Below are positions 49,279 through 54,807 of a stretch of 54,807 nucleotides of DNA, in pieces (the stretch's first letter is position 1; every line of letters starts with the position of its first letter). The stretch lies in contig JAUCBJ010007807.1 of NCBI GenBank assembly GCA_032718475.1, positions 1-54,807 on the forward strand, given 5' to 3'. Under the pieces are notes generated by a model. That model made no database searches. It saw nothing but the letters and a program-made list of their open reading frames with translations, and was not told the origin of the DNA. The stretch comes from Nemertoderma westbladi. Lineage: Eukaryota; Animalia; Xenacoelomorpha. Both the position numbers and the translations under genes were made by a program.

Positions 49279-50883
49279 CCACTGGGAGACACGGCTCCTG
49301 GTGACACAGTCACCCACCACCCAGCACACAGAGTCCTTCTACATGGAGATACGCCACCACAAGACCAGCCATTGGGAAACATGCCATACATGTGCCCGCC
49401 ACCCCATCAACCCACAAGGAGTTAGTGGGGTCTTCCAGCAGTAGTACCCTGCTCCCAAAAGCAGTGTTAGTAAGGTGATTGAAGATGCCTCATCTGCCAG
49501 GTCCAACACTGGTGTTTGGTTTGGTGGTGGTGGGAAGAACTGCTACAATGTGAGCCTAAGCCTAGCATAGGATACAACCTGGAGCCAACAAAGAGCTACC
49601 ATACCTGGTTGTGGCACCAGAGTTTGCGACAAGGGCTCGCGAGGTGTTTGAGGAAAGTGGGATCTAGATTGTTTCTGGCAACCATTTCCAGGATGTAAAC
49701 AAACGCGACGCACAGGAGTTGCGTTTGTTTATAGCCGATAAGGTGGCGGGGTGGATCCGGAATATCGGCTGGCTCGCTAAAAGGTGGACAATGAATGAAT
49801 ACCCCCAGGCGGACCAGACAGGTATGTCCAGTTACGTCCTGCGGGAGTGGGACTACCTGTGTGTGTCGGTGGTGAAGACAAAGAATCAGGACCAGGTGCC
49901 TAACCAGTAACCATGTGGCTCTACTGCGTTAATACATCCTGGCATTATTTGGGACAACCTCTTCTGGCCCAGTCAGACACGGAGGCATCGGGATTTGGGA
50001 CCCACAGATGTGGAGGAGCCATGCTTGGGTGGCGTCACTTGCAGGAATGGTAGGGGTCATCAACACTCTGACGACAGGCCACCTGTCCCAGTTGGCAAAC
50101 CATGCTGCCTGGCTAGGTTCAGCCTTGGCTGAGATTCGCGTCATTCAAAACGCCACCTAGAAAGCCAGGGAAGCGTATTTGACATTGACCACACCGACTT
50201 GATTCGTATTCTGCAATCACCTCGCGCTGAGATACGCTCGCATGCTGCCGAGCCTCCCAGCAAAGTGTGAGGGGTGTGGGGATGAGCTATTCACGACTAC
50301 TACCCATGCTCTGAATTGTAAGTCGGGGGGGGGGGGGGCTCATAATAAAGCAGCATGATAAGGTGCGTGGGGTTGAGTACCTTATCACAACCGTGTTTGG
50401 GGGTTCGTGTGTGCAGCATGAGGTCACGCTGTCCACTGGATACCTGAACTGATGGGGTGGCCGAGGTCGATGCAGTAATCTCCTAGCAAGGGGAGTCTGG
50501 CCCGAACAAAGGTGACATCATTAATATAGCAATTGTAAATGCCGACGCCCCCTTATTTATGAATGGGACCCTGGTCACTGGACTCCATCTTGGATCAGCA
50601 AGTGCGAGCTAAGAAGATGCACTACAGCACAGTATGCGAGGTTCGTAGGATCTCCAGTATCCTAATCTGCCACCTCGCTGAAAACCTTGTGGCGCGGAAT
50701 TGTGGCGGGGGATGTGCGAACGCGGCCTCGTTTGGGTGGTATGCAGAGGCGCCTACGGTTTGCACTGCTGTGCTCGAACTCATAAAGCCTGCGCTGTGGG
50801 TTGACGGCCATCACTCAATTTTGGGGATGGTGCTGGTCTGCGGGCATCCAACTTAACAGACCGGTTAAGCAGTATATAAAAAA
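49279..50883 (+). mobile_element. Degenerate CRE-clade (restriction-like endonuclease) non-LTR retrotransposon in K2P intron 1
   Basis: GC-rich island. Conceptual translation near 50225-50370 reads LRYARMLPSLPAKCEGCG...HALNCKSGG.LIIKQHDKVR (CRE CCHC-RHD motif), and GYNLEPTKS lies upstream. A possible TSD taattacta occurs at 49270 and 50884. Confidence 0.7.
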
Positions 50884-51001
50884 TAATTACTAAATAATAA
50901 AGCGGAAAGAAAAACTAATTATATAAGATTATTAGGTGGTTTTAAGATCAGTCATTTTCAATAATTTATTTTTATTTTCTGCATAATATGGTTGTTGTTA
51001 C

Positions 51002-51730
51002 CTGTAAAATTAGTGGAGTACCAGCATTGCGTAGTTCAAAAGGTACATAATCACCAAAACCTATTGTAGAAATTGTGATAAAGACAAAATAGTGAGCCTC
51101 TTCATAGGACCATCCTTCCAGTAACTTGAATAACAGAGCAGGAAAGGAGACAAATAGAACCAAAAACAAGATGTTTAACAGAACAAAGAAAACGACAGTC
51201 TTCATCTGATGTGGCAGCTTCGTGGGAAAGTAATAGTAAACTTTTTCTTTGACAAACTTCCTCGGTTTATGGTAAAGTTTGCCGACAATGTATATCATAT
51301 ACAAGAAGAGAGGCACTCCAACGAGAGCGTATACGCAAGTGAATATCCTCCCAGCCGCATTTGTTGGAACTACGTGACCGTAACCAATCGTACTGCAAAT
51401 GGTAAAAGCAAATAAATGCATTACTTGAATTTGTGGATGGTAGGTGTCATCAAGATTCTTTGAAATCTTGTCGTTGGCAGAGGTCGTAGTGTTATTAAGT
51501 CCATAGTCTCTATAATCATCATCATTAATGCGACTTCTATTTTTATCATAAACAATTTCTGGATCTTCAGGTGACATTTTAGTTTGAATTGTAATCGGCT
51601 TCTGTAGTTGTTCCGGAGCGTTGTCATTACCTTCCATGAAGTTAAACACATAGGCCCCAAGTAGGAGGTACAACTCAAAAACCACAACGTAGAAGATGAG
51701 TCGCAGACAGTAGCGCTTGGATGACTTCAT
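51002..51730 (-). CDS. Two-pore-domain K+ channel (KCNK/K2P family), exon 1: M1-P1-M2-M3-P2
   Basis: M1 YLLLGAYVFNFME, P1 STIGYGHVVP, M2 GRIFTCVYALVGVPL and P2 EGWSYEEAHYFVFITISTIGFGDYVP. The donor cag|gtaac is phase 0. The four-exon model gives 392 aa. Confidence 0.93.
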
Positions 51731-51939
51731 TATAGTTTCCAATTATTTATTTTATGTAATTTGTTAAAATATAATTGATCAATTGAAAGTTTAATTAATA
51801 TCAAGAACTAAGGACCCAATTATCCAAATAAATTTTATTTTGTTGAAAATTTAACAATTCTATATTTATGTCCTTCTTTCAGATATTATTTTGCGCCGCT
51901 CTGCTTTTAAAATATATGAATGTTTATGGGGATAACGTG

Positions 51940-54807
51940 CCTTGCTTATAGTAAGGCATTATATTTTTTAAAAGGGGAAGGGTCAGATCACCCAGCATCG
52001 AATTTATGGCCATAATTTCGGTGACCCCACCCAAGCAAAATACGAAATAAAGGACCCCCATTATCCTTAGATACACACACAAACCAATATAAAATAGTAT
52101 AAAGTAAATTTATAACTCATTGACGCTGAATTATTACTGACACATAATTAACATAATAATGACTGTTTTACAATTACAAATACAGTAAGTGACTACAAAT
52201 ACAGTAATTAATTCATGCAAAACAAATTATTTCATTAACACAAAATGTTTCATCGTGTACAGTATATATAAATACCTTTGAGTTAGGTCTATCTAATATA
52301 TCTCAAAAAGGCATTACTTGCCCAACGTCCTTTTTCCTTAATTTTTAAATCCGACCAACCATATCTGGCTGCCTCTGTAGCAGCGTCAATACGAAAGCTG
52401 TGAGTCTTATAAACTTTAGTAGACAAATTAAGAAAATTCAGTATCTTATTAAGCACTGTTATGAATTCTTTACGATAAATAGGTTCCACTGATTTCTATA
52501 AAAATAATGTCCCTGCTTTGCATGGTCGAACATCAAGATATGCTTTCAAAATTGCTAGTGGATTATGTAGATCATTATTTAAAATCTCTACTTTGGTTGG
52601 ATGGTATGGAGGTTTTTGACGTTAAAATAATTCGGTCGTATCCGACCTCTAAATCTGTGTACTGAATAACAGAATCTATAGATCCTTTAAAAGGGGCAAA
52701 CTCAATAACTCTGCAAAATCCATAATAAGCTAAGACAAGCATGGCCCTAATTAAACTACACATATATGGATCACGATAAACAATTACGCATGCATTTATC
52801 AAACTAGTAAGTATTGATTACAGGTAATCGGAAGCCTGTAATATTGTGAATTGCCACCCTTTCCAAGACCTGTCAGTGCTCGAATTATAAAGTACGATTT
52901 CGGAGGATCATGGGTATTGAGCAGTCGATGTGACATTGAGATGGCCGAAATATGGTTTAAGATCGTAGAGCAGGACAACTTCTGAGCATCTACTGTAGGT
53001 ATGCTATAAAACAACCAAGTTTAGTTGGGTCCAATGGTAGAGTAAGTGAACCTGCCTCTCATTTGTAAGAAACATTCGAAGTTTCAACCATGTTCTAGAA
53101 TATGATTGTAATGTAGTCTCTTCCCATGACTGCTCAATCATCTGCTTATATCGAAGGAGTCCTTTGGGAGCAAGTGATCCGGTATCCGAATTGGCGTCAT
53201 ATTCGCATTTGGTGAAATATCCAGAAATGACTGCAGCTGTAGACGAAAGAGTAAATCACATTTTGCGTTAGCGACCACGGGTATATGATTAGCTCGAAAT
53301 AATATGTTAAATTCCATTGATGATATTACTATTTGTCTTAATAAAACCATAAGTAATGGATCTTTTGACGATTTTTTATTTAATACGGGAACGAGTCCTT
53401 CATTGTCAGTGCATGTCAGGTCATATAATCCATTTTCTTGTCAGTTGAGGTCACACGAGAAGATCTCACACGAGAAGGGTCACACGACACGAGAAGATCT
53501 GCAAACTCAGCATAATTGGATACAATTCTAATAGCGATATATTGTTGGATTGCTTCCATCGATCTGGCCATTCGCCATAAAACCATAGTGAACCCAACAT
53601 TACTGTATCCTTTGGTTTTGGCCGCATCAGAGTAGAGCTCAATGGCATCGTTGGTAGTCCAGTTGCGTTCCAGAAACATCGCGCAGCCATTATAATGTTG
53701 TAAAAAACTTTGCCATGCCAATTACTTTGTCGTTTATTGTACAATTTAATTACTTTGTCAGTTGGTAGACGAGCAACTAGGGTAATTGCATCTAGCTCAA
53801 TGCCTAAAAACGTGATAACCTGTGATGGACCAATGGTTTTTGCTGGAGACAGAGGAATGCCAACTTCATTACAAAACTCCTGGAAACGTTGCAAAAATTT
53901 TAAACATTGTACTTTCTCTTTTGCAGACATAAAAAAGTCATCAAATATGTGGATAATATCGGGATTATTGAGTTTGTATTCCACAACCCACTGCACTGCT
54001 GTTGAAAATTTTTCAAAGATATTACAGTTGCTAATCTCACCCATTTCAAGACACTTGACATAGTACCATTTATCATTCCAAATTGAGCACATGAGATGAT
54101 AGTCTGAAGGAAAAATTGGAATGAGTCTAAAGGCAGACGCGACATCAGTTTTGCCATGAAACAACAAGAACCTAACCTTAAAATAAAGGAAATAGCATGA
54201 TCCACTAAATAATACGCATAAGAGGATTTTCTCTAGATTTATTGCTATAGATGAATCTTCATAAGGAGCGGACAAATCATGAATCATCCTGAACTCATTG
54301 TGAGTCTTTTTGGACGTATACCTATGGGGTTGACATGATAGAATTCGAAAGGTGGATCGTGAAAAGGTCCAGCCATTCGCCAAGCACAAACCTCTTTCTC
54401 GAGTTTTTGTTGTACCACATCCGGATTCTGACGAACAGATAGGGAGTTAGGTGCAAATGTGATTATCTTAGGACCTTCGTAATTTAAACTAAAACCAAGT
54501 ACTATACTAAGTAAAGTAGTTTGCAGAATATGTACCTCCTAAATAATGTTTCAGTTTATCCCAATATATAGGTGTTGGAAGCAAGGAGAGGTTGTCGGCC
54601 TCCTGGATGGGTGTAGATTGAGTCATGTACTTGGCCTCCATTAGCTTGGTTGATGTTGTATAGTCGGCCTCGCCTTTGTTGGCCCCGGTTCCCTCCCCTT
54701 TATTGCATTGCACCCTAGAACCATCCTATAATATTTAAACAGATACATATATCAATCTTACTTAAATTCTGCTAAGCCTATCAAACAATGCTGCATTCTA
54801 GAACAAA
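51940..54807 (-). mobile_element. Degenerate DIRS/Ngaro-type tyrosine-recombinase retrotransposon
   Basis: RT: FRMIHDLSAP, KTDVASAFRLIPI, HIFDDFF, TFLGIELD. RNase H: YSDAA, LLELYPI, HIPVVANAKCDLLFR. Recombinase: RLPIT, LAYYGFCRVIE, HSFRIDAAT...GRWASNAFLRYIR. Many frameshifts; the 5' part runs off the window. Confidence 0.9.

Overview
This is AT-rich, repeat-dense eukaryotic DNA from an invertebrate animal, with spliceosomal introns and no prokaryotic features. Three host genes lie on the minus strand. (1) A two-exon TRIM-type E3 ligase with an unusual N-terminal CAP-Gly domain resembling CYLD CAP-Gly3, followed by RING, B-box and coiled coil (15650..14799 joined to 7225..6755). (2) An intronless MS4A/CD20-like four-TM gene (35745..34687). 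(3) A four-exon two-pore K+ channel (K2P) gene (51730..47940) whose M4 exon has no canonical AG acceptor. The rest is transposon-derived. It includes an internally deleted BEL/Pao LTR element with an orphan ORF in its 3' region, and a young RTE LINE family (one near-full copy with a perfect 76-bp TSD plus several truncated or nested copies). It also includes a decayed two-ORF LINE (RTEX-like), a CRE-like remnant, a DIRS/Ngaro tyrosine-recombinase retroelement, several MITE/foldback elements and at least six minisatellite arrays. The best novelty candidate is the CAP-Gly-TRIM fusion. Family assignments come from motif recognition, not from database searches.
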